From a virus (Duplodnaviria; Caudoviricetes): a DNA stretch of 64,000 nucleotides. The stretch covers positions 2,162-66,161 of the IMG/VR virus record IMGVR_UViG_3300024999_000096, one strand, 5' to 3'. The position numbers were made by a program, and so were the translations under genes. The notes beneath the pieces were generated by a model that worked only from the letters and a program-made list of their open reading frames with translations, ran no database searches and was not told the origin of the DNA. Shown in pieces: positions 1 through 11,800 of the stretch (the first letter of the stretch is position 1; each line of letters opens with the position of its first letter).

Positions 1-289
1 GGATACGGAACAGACTGATGAATATTGTGTTGAATGTGGGAGTGATAGACTAATATTTGATTTTAGAAAACCATACTATAACTTTTGGATATGTGCAGAA
101 TGTGGTCATGATTTTAGAACCGAAAGATTTGATGGAGAAGATTATGAATATGAAGACTAAATAAATTTATCTTCATATTTGTCTTAATTGTGGAGCAGAT
201 GGTTTTTTATTGGAACTATGGGAAACTAGAGAAAAAGCACAAGAGAGAATAGAAAATATAGGTAATATCATTAAAAAAAGGGGGAAATA

Positions 290-2735
290 ATGGACAATCA
301 AGAAGGTTTAAATTTAATATATATGCAAAAGTATAATACAGTTATTATTAAACTTCTTTACGCGATGTCTCCATATTTTAAAGACTTAGAGGATATAAAT
401 GAAGATGAAGTAATTACAACTGCATGTGAGAATTTAACTATATATTTGAATGGATATTATAAAAACTATAACATATAAGAGGAGGAAATAATAAATGAGC
501 AATGAAACGAATAAAATTGTTATTGAAGCATTAGAACATATGGATTATATATTTCAATTAGAAAAGTCCACTGGGGACTTTCCTGAACCAGATTGGATTG
601 AAGCAAAGGTACTTATCTATAAAGCATTGAGTGCATTAAAATCTGACGGAGAGAGTATACAAAATGAATGCGTGAGTTGTGCATGTGCGAAGTGTTTAAA
701 TACTTGTGGTGGAATTAGTTGTTGGAATTGTGTTAATTATCAAATTGTACATAAATGTAATATGTGTTAATAAATTAAGGAAGGATGACAAAAATGAGCA
801 ATTCTAAAGTAAAACAACCCGAATATTCCAAAAGCATCTTACAAGGCATGAAAGAAAAATACAATATCTTAGATGATGATTTTAGTTATATACTGGTTCA
901 TGCCCAAATAATTGCACTCATAGAACAAGATAAAGAAATGATAGATTTTATAAAATGGCAGACAGGCTCAGAAAAATTTATATCAACTGATACTTGGAAA
1001 ATTGTAAGAAAAGCAAAAGAAATACAGGAGAAACTTAAAGAAAAACCTAAACATAATTATAATTATTAAAGAAGGTAGGTAAAATAATATGGGAAGTGGT
1101 TAAAATGATATCGTGATCCCAAATTAGTTTATTTATTTAGTAGAGGGGAGTATAAAATAATGTCCATAGACAACGTATTGAACGAATGGCAATCTAAAAA
1201 TAGACATATGGGTTGTGTGACTGCTGTAAATTGGTTTTGTAAAAGAGTTAGTGGATTTTATCCAGAAAGATTAACAGGATACACCAAAGATGGAGAATTA
1301 TTTGAACATGTGGTAGCAACAAATGGAGTTATAAGAATTGATATTGCCCCATATGCAGATACCTATAGTCTATAAAAAATTGACAGAAAAGAAGTTTGGC
1401 AAGAATAATAGTTTCCTATTGTAATTATTAAATTGTTGAGAGGAGGTGATAAAACTATGTTATTAGTTGATTGGCCTATGCCAGATAAATGTTCACTATG
1501 TCCTTTTTATACTTACTTTGAAAGTGATAGTTATGGTGATTGTCTATTACTTCATGACGATTATAGTGAAATTAATGAAGGATTTGAAGGTAAATTAGAT
1601 AAATGTCCTTTAATTGAAGTTGATTGATTATTAGAATTTGTAGATTTTGAGGGAGGTGAGAAATATAGACAATGATTATGAACTAATTGGTAAGTTAAAA
1701 TATTATTGTCCATTAGAAGATAATTTTAAACTACATAGAAAAAGAATGGATGAATTAGAATATTATATTGAATTTAAAAGGTGGTGTGGAGACAAAGAAG
1801 ACGAGGAAAAAATTGAAAGTAAATGGAATAGGATAAACAATACTTTGATATTATTAATAAATACTATAAAGAAAAGGATGTGCAAATATGGAAAATGAAG
1901 TATTTAATTTAATTAAACATCCAGAAATATTTATCGAGGAATTAAATCATAAAATTAATGAATTAGATGTTAGAATTGCAAGATTGCGATTAGTAGATCA
2001 AATTTCCTCTTATAAGGGAGTTGCAAGATATGAACCCGATGTGCTTTATTTGATGAGCAATTACTTAAAAACTGTTAGAAAAGAATTTAAAATGTTTGAT
2101 AATCTTAGGAATATTGGGCTTTAGACTTTAAATACATTATGATAAAAATTATAAATAATATTTCTGTAACCTATATACAGAAATATTATTTTTTGATATA
2201 ATGTATTCAGAAGGTTAAAACAAAGAAAGTGTGGCGTAAAGTTATGAAGGTTAACTTAACATTGTCAAAATATGATGGAAATGCCGAAAAAGTTTTAAAT
2301 ACTCCTATAACTATTGATGGAAAAGTTGTTGGAATTATCATAAAGATTGCAAATGAGACAGAAGAAAACATTGAAGCAGAAGGCATATTATACGAAGTTG
2401 GAATTGATTTTATTAAAGACAAAGCAAAGCATGATTTTAGTTTTGGAATTAACTAATAGTACACATTCCGAAACAATATTTATGATAAATTGAAAGGAGT
2501 TTTTAAAATGACCGAAACAACTATTACTAAATTTGAGGAAAACATTATGGAATTATTAAGAAAAGCAAATGGATTAGATTCAAAAGACACCTCAAGAGAT
2601 CGGGAAATTAATGAATACTCAGTCAACGGTGCTTATAAAGCGTTGCTTGTGTTTGGTTATTATCATGAATTTGATGTAAAGGTAAAAAAAGAGTATATAG
2701 AAGCAATTAATAATGGAACCTATAGATTATGGTAA
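290..2735 (+). CDS. Cluster of about 10 short hypothetical phage ORFs
   Basis: ORF track; most preceded by an RBS; several Cys-rich. Confidence 0.6.
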
Positions 2736-2835
2736 CACTGGTCTGAGTCAGTATAAAACACCTTAAGCTCAGAGCGTTAGCAGGGTTTACAACAATCCTG
2801 CTAGGTGGTATCAAATAACAGGGAGGATTATTATT

Positions 2836-3213
2836 GTGCTAGATGAACCAAATTCCGTAGATTCCATAAATCTTAACACATTAAAAGGAATTATTGGAGA
2901 AGCAATGTATTGGATAGAAACAATTATTACTTTAGACGAGGCAAGAAATGAAATTGATAAAGTTGAAGAAGTTAAAAGTATGTTTGAAGATTTTTCAGAA
3001 CAAACTAGGGAGTGGCATTTAGGACGCATTAAACGTTTCGTTAATAATCCTAATTTAATTGATCCTATAACAATTGACGATAATTGTTGTGGAAATGTGC
3101 AAATTATTGATGGTTGTCACAGATATTTAGCAAAATTGATTCTAAATCATAATACTATAGATTGTTCATATAGCGGTTTGGTATCTACTTTGGATTATTT
3201 GAAATTACCATGA
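2836..3213 (+). CDS. ParB/Srx N-terminal domain protein
   Basis: DPITI...IIDGCHRYLA motif. Confidence 0.7.
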   Translation: MLDEPNSVDSINLNTLKGIIGEAMYWIETIITLDEARNEIDKVEEVKSMFEDFSEQTREWHLGRIKRFVNNPNLIDPITIDDNCCGNVQIIDGCHRYLAKLILNHNTIDCSYSGLVSTLDYLKLP

Positions 3214-3395
3214 TCCCATCAAAAGTAAACTTTAACGGATTAGAAAGGAATGATTTATTTATGAAGCGATATCCTATTTATGTTAAGATGCTACGAGAAA
3301 TGTATGGATTAAACCATAAAATAGGGGATATAATTGGTATGTCAAACGTAGAACTTGCTCAAGAATATATTTCTAAAGGGTATGCGGAGTTAAGT

Positions 3396-3614
3396 AATTA
3401 ATTCTGTGTTAGTGATTTAAGAAAGGAATGATTTATTATGGCATCTAAACAAATAGCGGAAATAAAGGCTTATGAGTATGATACAAAAGAAGAAATGGAA
3501 AGAGAAATTTATGCCTTAAGAGATTCTAAGGAATGGAAAGTGCAAAATACCTATGAATTAAATGGAAAATGGAGAGCAGAATATTTTAAAATTAATCTGT
3601 GCTAGTGATTTAAG
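3396..3614 (+). repeat. About 25-bp direct repeat AATTAA(T)TCTGTGYTAGTGATTTAAG at 3396-3421 and 3590-3614
   Basis: Read directly; one indel and one substitution between copies. Confidence 0.8.
3438..3605 (+). CDS. 55-aa hypothetical protein (not in ORF track) bounded by a direct repeat
   Basis: RBS GAAAGGA, ATG 3438, MASKQIAEIKAYEY...INLC, TAG 3603-3605. Confidence 0.65.
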   Translation: MASKQIAEIKAYEYDTKEEMEREIYALRDSKEWKVQNTYELNGKWRAEYFKINLC

Positions 3615-4533
3615 CCCATATTCGCTATAACAGCAGACACTTATAACATCATGAATTATGGTGAAGGTGGGTTTATATCATAGTATTGGTTGCTAAATTA
3701 AATCTAAAGGAGAGTGAATTAATGAACGGATGGTTATCTCCAGAAGGTAAATTTTACAGCACTTTCAATTTGCTTTCTCATTATAAAAAGGCTGAAGAAA
3801 TAGCAGATTGGAATGAGATTAGTTTTAATATCATCGATCCCTTAACCAATACTCATCCTTGGTGTGCAGAAAGATTATTGGAAGTCTTAGGTTGGTTTAA
3901 AATTGGAAGTGATGAAAGAATTATAGATTTGGATATTGATACTTTGACGGATAAGCAAATCAAGTTTGTTTTGGTAAATAAATTAGTTTAATTATTGGAG
4001 GTAATTAATTATGAAAATTAAAGTTGATTTATTTTGTTTAAAGGATATTAAGGATATTTCATTCGATTGCACAAGCGACAACATGTATTCGGTAATTTTT
4101 GATACTAATAGTTCATATTTTGGCAGTCATATTGAACATTTAGTCAGAAGATTAAATGATGGCAGTTTTAAAGTAAATGCTCCTTGGAGGTATATTCCAA
4201 AACATCGTGAATTTGTTCCTGAAGTATATAGTCTTATAAGTGAGTTAACATACTGGTGTGAAAATTATTATTCACAATTAGAAAAGGTAAGTAAATAATT
4301 TTAAATTAAAGAAGAAAATTGTCGATTATAAAAACCTCAAACCATTGCTACACTAGGCTTTTACAATCTACCATTTACCATAAAATGTTATTTTTATTTG
4401 GTAGTAATTGTATAACACGAAGTCAAATTTATATCAGGAGTTGTACATAAATATTTCCAAAATTATTGTCCAAACCTATTGCAATTATTTTATTTTTAGT
4501 TTATACTAAGTTAAGAAATAAAAACATTAAGGA

Positions 4534-5862
4534 ATGATGAAAATGTCAAGTTTAAATTATGATGTCGAAAAAAGAGAAATTGGAATTCTAATTGAGCAAA
4601 TCGATAAACAATATTTTACTGTAGGAAAACATCTCCAAAACATTCTTTTAGAAAAGAAACAAGTAAAAAATATTCGTGAGTATATGGAATCTCAAAGGGG
4701 TTATATTTGGGAAGCTTGGAGAGCATCAAATTTAATTCAATCCATCTTATTAAAAAATCCTGTTCCTGAAATAACAGTCTATAGATCAGACAATAAAAGT
4801 CAGTATCGTAAGACACTAGATGGGCAACAACGTATGACTAGTATTTATTTGTTCATTAACAATCATTTTAAACTTGATATGTCTAAAACTATGTTTCCAG
4901 AATTTAAAATTGAGGATGAAATTTTTAAAACAAGTGAAGTATTAACTGGGAAAACCTTCTCAGAACTTCCTGAATTATGGCAAGATATCATTAGAGATTA
5001 TCAACTTCGTATTACAACCATGAATAATTGTACTGAGGAAGATGCTGAAAAAGCATATGTTCAAATGAATTCAGGTGCTAAAGGGCTTAAAGCTTCTGAA
5101 ATCAGAAAGGCAGCTATGGGTATGAATACAAGGAAATTCTTTAGATCAACTTTGGATAGTGATTGGCTTTTACATGCCATGACTCCATTATCAACTAAAG
5201 GTAATGCAGGGGATGAAATTTTATCTCAAATCATCACGATTATACATAATAACAAAGCAATCGAGTTATCGAAAGATAATATCGATAAAGTAATTTACAG
5301 TTTTAGGGATTCAGGATTGCCTGAAGAAATTCAAGAGGATGTTACAAATATATCAATTTATCTTAATCGAGTCACCAATAAGTGGATAAGTGATAAAAAG
5401 AAGGAGGATGAAGCACAAGGAAATAAAAGAGTTAAAAATTATTCAACCTATCGTTATACATGGTTAAATAAAACCCACACAACCATGTTAATGTATTCAG
5501 CCCATAGAGCTATTAAAAATGGTATTGAATTTGAAAAATTTTCAGAATGGGCGTATAAATTCTTTCAATCTCCATCAGTAAAATATAAACAAGGGTTACA
5601 AGACAAAGTTAATGAACTAAAATGTGTTGAATTAAGACTAAGTGCCATTGACGAAGAATTAAGCAAGTTTTATCCAACTGTAGAAATTGATGAACAAATG
5701 GAATCATCCCTACAAACCGAATCTTATGACCATGATATATTAGAAACGTCTCACGAGTTCTTAAATCAAGAAGGTGATGTGTTAGACCAAGAAGAACTTG
5801 ATACAGACAAAGAAGATGCTAAACATATTCTTGATATCATTAACACCACCAATATAGCGTAA
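4534..5862 (+). CDS. DUF262 (GmrSD N-terminal, ParB-like) domain protein
   Basis: QRGYIW, LIQSIL..PVPEI, LDGQQRMTSI and MNSG motifs; acidic tail; no HNH domain seen. Confidence 0.85.
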   Translation: MMKMSSLNYDVEKREIGILIEQIDKQYFTVGKHLQNILLEKKQVKNIREYMESQRGYIWEAWRASNLIQSILLKNPVPEITVYRSDNKSQYRKTLDGQQRMTSIYLFINNHFKLDMSKTMFPEFKIEDEIFKTSEVLTGKTFSELPELWQDIIRDYQLRITTMNNCTEEDAEKAYVQMNSGAKGLKASEIRKAAMGMNTRKFFRSTLDSDWLLHAMTPLSTKGNAGDEILSQIITIIHNNKAIELSKDNIDKVIYSFRDSGLPEEIQEDVTNISIYLNRVTNKWISDKKKEDEAQGNKRVKNYSTYRYTWLNKTHTTMLMYSAHRAIKNGIEFEKFSEWAYKFFQSPSVKYKQGLQDKVNELKCVELRLSAIDEELSKFYPTVEIDEQMESSLQTESYDHDILETSHEFLNQEGDVLDQEELDTDKEDAKHILDIINTTNIA

Positions 5863-5920
5863 AAAGATCAAGAAATATCTTTATATACCATATTTAAAAT
5901 TTAGAGGAGCGTGTATTAAA

Positions 5921-6946
5921 ATGCAAAGAAAACCAATTAAAAAGTCAATGAGTGTAAACCAAATATGTAAAATGATTAAAAGTGGTAAAATTTCTTTTGA
6001 AAATCCTCTACAACGTCCGGCAGGTCAATGGAAGATAGAAGACCAATCTCTTCTTATCGATTCTCTTATAACGATGTGTGTTCCTGATATATTTGCTTTA
6101 AATTATATGGATAAAGATAACAATTATAATCGTATGTTTGACATAATCGACGGAAAACAACGACTGAGTAGTATTGCATCTTATATTGAAAACAAATGGG
6201 CATTAACTAAATTAAACCCAATTCAATTAGAACCAAATGGAGAAATCTATGATATTTCTGGGAAAAAGTTTATGGAATTACCAGAAGATATAAGGGAAGA
6301 AATTAAGGACTATATGTTGGATTTTAAGATAATTGAACTAGAAGGTAATGAAGATGAGAAAAAAGTTGTGAAAGAATTATTTTTACGTTTAAACAACGAG
6401 AAACCAGTATCGCAGGAACATAAAACATTTATAGAAGCTAATTCAAATATACAAGAATTTGTACGAAGAATTATTTTAGAGCATAAACTTTTTAGAGAGA
6501 TATCATATTTCACTCCTTCTAGCATTAAGAAATCAGATAAAGAAATGACAATTATGCAATCAATTATTCTTGTTTCGGGAATTGAATATAAATCATTCAG
6601 AAATAAAGATATCAAAAAGGCATTACTTGAAAATGAGATATCTAAAGAAACATTAGAACTTACTGAAAAACTTTTTGATGATATTGTAAAAATATTTCCT
6701 CAATATCATAGGCAAGTATCTAAAATGAACATACCTATTTTAGTTTACATTCTTTCTAAAATTCTTGAAGAAGATAAAAAACAAACATTTCATTTAATTC
6801 AAAAATATTTTAATGAAGATATGAGAACAGGAGACAAATATAAAAGTTTTTGTATATCTAGCACAGCAAATAAAATCAATGTAATTGGTCGTATAAATAC
6901 ACTTAAAGAAATTTGTGATGTTCAATTGAATCAAGCAGCAAAATAA
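5921..6946 (+). CDS. DUF262 domain protein (paralog)
   Basis: LQRPAGQW, LLIDSL, IIDGKQRLSSI and FLRLNN motifs. Confidence 0.85.
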   Translation: MQRKPIKKSMSVNQICKMIKSGKISFENPLQRPAGQWKIEDQSLLIDSLITMCVPDIFALNYMDKDNNYNRMFDIIDGKQRLSSIASYIENKWALTKLNPIQLEPNGEIYDISGKKFMELPEDIREEIKDYMLDFKIIELEGNEDEKKVVKELFLRLNNEKPVSQEHKTFIEANSNIQEFVRRIILEHKLFREISYFTPSSIKKSDKEMTIMQSIILVSGIEYKSFRNKDIKKALLENEISKETLELTEKLFDDIVKIFPQYHRQVSKMNIPILVYILSKILEEDKKQTFHLIQKYFNEDMRTGDKYKSFCISSTANKINVIGRINTLKEICDVQLNQAAK

Positions 6947-6984
6947 ATTATCTAAGTTATTTATACAGAGAGGGTGAATAATCA

Positions 6985-7956
6985 ATGTTAGAAAAATGTC
7001 GTTATTGTGGGTTTGAGCATGAAGACTTAAAGCATATCTTTTTCCGTAGGAACCATGTAAGTAATCGTGTTTTACCTCATTGCTTACATTGTCTTCGTCG
7101 ATTATACCAAGTGCCCTATAGGCCAGAATTAGATACAAAGAAGGAAGGTAATATATTGGCTATTGATTACAAAAGTGCATTAGAATTATTGGTTATACAA
7201 AATAAAATTATTTTGGCGAAAGATGCTTGTAAAATACTAAAAAGGAAAGATATTTCATCTACTATTCATTCACTTGTAAAAGAAGGTAAAATTAAAACTA
7301 AACTGATTGATGTAAGGGTTCAAAATAATGCGATACGAGCATTGAAGGTTTTATTTGTTAAGGATATCAAAGAAATTGAACTATCACAGTTTGAAAAGAA
7401 TTCATTAGGTAAAATTGCAAATTCAAGTAATATAAAGAAAAATGATCACAAACAATTAAAACAACCTTCAAACCAATCAGAATATATTATAATCAACGGA
7501 AGGGGAGGAATCTTAATAAAGACACACAAAGGAAATTCTGTCGTAAATAAAAATGATATTGCAGATTTACATGAAAAATTACCATTTAGTATAGATAATT
7601 TAATTAACGGCAATATACATAAATTTGCAAAGGATATTGATTATTTTATTGAGAATGAAGAACTATTGTTTACAAAATCTGGGTATATTATACTAACTGA
7701 ATCATTTAATGACAAATTGTCTCAAAGAGTTAAATCACAAATGGTTACGAAATACTTTAAGTATCAAAATATAAATGTAAATAATGATACTTACCATGTT
7801 CATAGTGATGAAACTAATAATCAATTGCCATACGAAAATGAATCTCCAGGATATGTAAAAGTTTTACACGATCAAATTAAAATTCTTAGTGAAAAAATTT
7901 GTCTATTGGAAATAAAATTGTGTGGGTTTGGTTTGGCTTCGCCAACAATTAATTAA
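6985..7956 (+). CDS. Zn-finger plus ORF6N-like DNA-binding protein
   Basis: N-terminal CxxC...CxxC; DIADLH...DYF...LFTKSGYIILTESFNDKLS...YF resembles ORF6N. Confidence 0.6.
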   Translation: MLEKCRYCGFEHEDLKHIFFRRNHVSNRVLPHCLHCLRRLYQVPYRPELDTKKEGNILAIDYKSALELLVIQNKIILAKDACKILKRKDISSTIHSLVKEGKIKTKLIDVRVQNNAIRALKVLFVKDIKEIELSQFEKNSLGKIANSSNIKKNDHKQLKQPSNQSEYIIINGRGGILIKTHKGNSVVNKNDIADLHEKLPFSIDNLINGNIHKFAKDIDYFIENEELLFTKSGYIILTESFNDKLSQRVKSQMVTKYFKYQNINVNNDTYHVHSDETNNQLPYENESPGYVKVLHDQIKILSEKICLLEIKLCGFGLASPTIN

Positions 7957-8216
7957 TAAAGGAGTGCTTAAACAAATGAAAATTGGAACAAACGTAATAA
8001 TCAAATCAAACCTAATCCCTAATAAAATTTATGGAGGAGCAATATTTGTCCCTGAGATGGAAGAATTTTTAGGAAAAGGTGAGGTTATCACGGAGATATT
8101 ATTTCCTAGGTTCAATGCAAATCAAGGAAGTTACGGGTTAAGCATTGATCAAGAGCAAATATTTGAATTTACTGATGAGATGTTAGAGCTGGCTGAAGTG
8201 GCATAAATGCATTGAG

Positions 8217-8240
8217 AAGCAGGATTAATTTCCTGCTTTT
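8217..8240 (+). terminator. Rho-independent terminator
   Basis: AAGCAGGA-ttaatt-TCCTGCTT followed by T run. Confidence 0.75.
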
Positions 8241-8298
8241 TAATATTTGAATCTTAATCTACAATCTGATATAATGCAAGATAAACAATCAAGAAAGG

Positions 8299-8760
8299 GT
8301 GATAATAATGACTGAACGTAAAACTTCAAACAATAAAGATATGTGTAAAAGAACTAAGAAAGACAGGCATAATTATAAACATCTAGAAGTTAGTGTCCCT
8401 CAATCTTATAAAACTCACACAACTAATGACGTTTATCCAAAAGAGTGCTATGGTCAGTGTATAGATTATATTTGGGAAAATGATTTTGAAAATATGATAT
8501 TGGTTCATGGATATTATCTATTTAAAGGATGTGTCAGAATTGATCATGCTTGGGTAGAAATTGACAATGTTTTGTTTGATGGAGTATATCAAAGATTTTA
8601 CGACAAAGAAGTTTATTATAAGGAATTTGGATTAGTAAAGCAATTGGAATTTACAAGAGATCAGGCATTAGAAATTGCTACTGAAACAGAATGGTCTGGC
8701 CCCTGGTGGCCTCAACAAATGGAAAAATTATTTGGAAAAGATTTTATTAAACCATTGTAA
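8299..8760 (+). CDS. Small papain/transglutaminase-fold protein (putative)
   Basis: CYGQC...HAWVE...FD gives Cys-His-Asp order. Confidence 0.45.
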   Translation: MIIMTERKTSNNKDMCKRTKKDRHNYKHLEVSVPQSYKTHTTNDVYPKECYGQCIDYIWENDFENMILVHGYYLFKGCVRIDHAWVEIDNVLFDGVYQRFYDKEVYYKEFGLVKQLEFTRDQALEIATETEWSGPWWPQQMEKLFGKDFIKPL

Positions 8761-8818
8761 TATTGTTAAGGTTGAGATATAATATAATTAATAAATAAAT
8801 ATTTAAGGAGAGATACAT

Positions 8819-11800
8819 ATGTTAAATGATTCAAAAGTAGAAATCAGGCTATATAATAATGAGAAAGGATTTTACTACATAGAAGTAGATATCAATACTA
8901 TTACTGAATTCGGAATTGTAAATAAAGTATCTTGGAATAACAATGGTACTTTTAAGAAATGGGTGAAAAGAGGATATGTACGGACCAACAATGAATTCTA
9001 TTTAATTTGGAATGAAGGAGTTGTTAAGGTATTGAAGGAAACCTTAAAGGGCAAATACAAATCTTCTAAATCTTCTTGTGTTGAGTATAAGAATGATGCA
9101 GAACGAAAGGCAACAGATTGGTCTTATAAAGTTGTTCTATAATTTTTAAGGAGTGGTAATTTATGCAAAAAATATAGAGAGACAAATTAACAAATAAACT
9201 CATGATCAATAGACACTCAAGATATAATACTATTATTGAAAAGGTGTTTGTTTATGAGGTAGATGGTACTACATACGATATCACAAATGAATTTTATGAT
9301 ATTAAGAAAGATATGAGATTATCTGTTTTCTTACTTCACTTTCCTAGATTTAATGAAGGTAAAAATTTCGTTGTTCAAAACAAAAGGCAGAAATCAAAAG
9401 AGAGACCAAACTGTAATTTGTATATTTCTAAAGGCGAGAGAATGAAGATTTGTGCTTGATAAATAACTTCCAATGAAAACCCGATTTCATGCTATATTTG
9501 AAAATGAAAGGATGATAAATCAAATGGAAGCAGAAAACAAATTCAATCAACTATGTGTACTCCAAGGAACAATCTTAGGAGATAATTCAATTCAAGAATT
9601 TGAACAATTCTTCATAGATAATTTCAATGCAAGAGTAAAATTCTGTGAAGAAGTTAAGACAAATGGTAGTGTTAAACGCAATGAAGAAGGTGGGCGTAAT
9701 GATATCTTGTTCTATATCCACGATGATGATATGTCTCATTTTTCAATAAAAAGATTAGCATATGGTATAAGATGGTGGGAAGATGTTGTTTCCTATAATG
9801 ATAATTCTTATTTATATTCTCAGGATGTGTTGAATAGGTATCCGGTAAGGTGGTAAGAAGAAAGGATTGATTGACAATGGCAAAATGGAATTATAACCTT
9901 GGAGAAGAAGGATTAAAATTGCGAGAACTAACCGTAATTTCGAAAGAAGCAGAAACCATTGATCAAATTGAAATATGTTGCAGATCGTTATTAAAACAAT
10001 TAACTGACAAAGATAAGGAATATTATGAAGATAAGATTGAATACTTAATAAATTTAATTGCAGGAGAAGCAGATACTATTAGAAATAATCCAGATGAAAT
10101 TACTAAGGAATGGGGATTTGATGATATAGAGGAATTGGTCAATTCAAGATTATCTGAGTTTTACGATATTTGTGATGGTTGTCGATGTTGGGTAGAGTTT
10201 TAAATTCTCCGATGAGTAATAGATTTCAAAGTAAATTTAAAAGGAGTGATATTCTAATGGAAAAGAAATGTCCGTTCAAACCAATTGTTGTGGTTGAAGC
10301 ATATAAGTGGTCTGGTGGCAGAGATATGAATCAAGGAAGTGTGCAACATACTAATTCTTTTGCAGAATGTGATGAAGATGAATGTATGGCTTGGAATTCT
10401 AGTAATTCTACTTGTAAAAGATTAGATCAAGTAGTTATAATAGAAACTATAGAAAAATCAATTACTGAAAACGAACAAATCAAAGATGCAACTTCGATTA
10501 AATCTCCATGTGGAGCAAAGACCTGTTCTGGATGTCCTGATTATGGTTATGCTAATGAATATCCTTGCCCAGATTGGTGTGAAGAAGAAATTCAATCAAG
10601 AAAGAATCAGAAATTCCCAAATAAATAAGGATGTGATAATTTGAGCATAAACATTGCTTGTAAAGGTTGTAAATTCTCTTCACAATACAAGGGAATTAAC
10701 AATAGATGGTGTTCTCTTAGGAATGGAACTGTAACTAATATTCGTAATTGTAAAGATAGGAAGTAATATTCCATCCTAACAGAAAATTAAAATGCTTTAA
10801 TTAAAAAAGAAAAGAAAGAAGGGATTTATGATGGATTTAGAATTGGAAATTAAAAGAGACGATAAAATTAAAGAATTATTAAATGGATTTAAATCTGGAT
10901 TGGGAGAAAGGGTTAAAACCCATATTGAATCAAGTAGATTCCCATATACTTATGCTTATGATTTCAAACGCCTTGGTGGTGGTTCTAGAAGTGATACAGG
11001 AACCTATTTGAGAGAAAGTTATAAAGATGATATTGAAGAATACGCAAAAGAAATATTATCAAGAGCATTTAGTTTTATGTTTAATAATTATGCAGAAGAT
11101 TTTCTATATGATATCCTTGATGAAAAAAGTGATACAAGAGCAAGAAATGTTTATAGTTTTATAAGGGATGTTTATATTAAAAACTAATCCCAAGAAAGAC
11201 TCATTTTAAACGATGAAAATGAAAGAAGGTATTTATTATGAAAAATATACAAATGATGAATTAAAGCAACTTATAGGCAATATTAACGAAGAAATAATAC
11301 AGAAAAAGAATGAATTAAGTTTATTACATGACAATGTAAAACTATATAAAAACTTATGTAATCATAGTGATTTAACTATTAATGATTGGGGATCTGCTGA
11401 TTGTAAAATATGTGGGAAACATCTTAGTTGGTATTGCCCTACTTCCCCAACTTTAGAATGCGATTATGAACAAGAAGATGGAAGTTATAACGAAGATTCT
11501 TGCAGATATTGCGGAGATCCAGAAGAAAGGAAGTAATAAAAATGTCTAAATGTTTAAGATGTGGTCATTGTTGTAAAGGTTATCTATGCTTTGTGCCAAA
11601 ACACAAAATCAGTAACTTATCTCCTGATTTTCTAGAAACTTTAAATGAAGATAATTTAGATGATTATATCAATGAAAATATTGAAGAACAAGGTTCTATT
11701 TGTAAATGGTTAATTGTAGATGAGCAAGGATTACATAGTTGTTCTGCTTATGAAAGAAGATCAAGTATGTGTAGGGATTATAATTCTTTGATTGGAGTAT

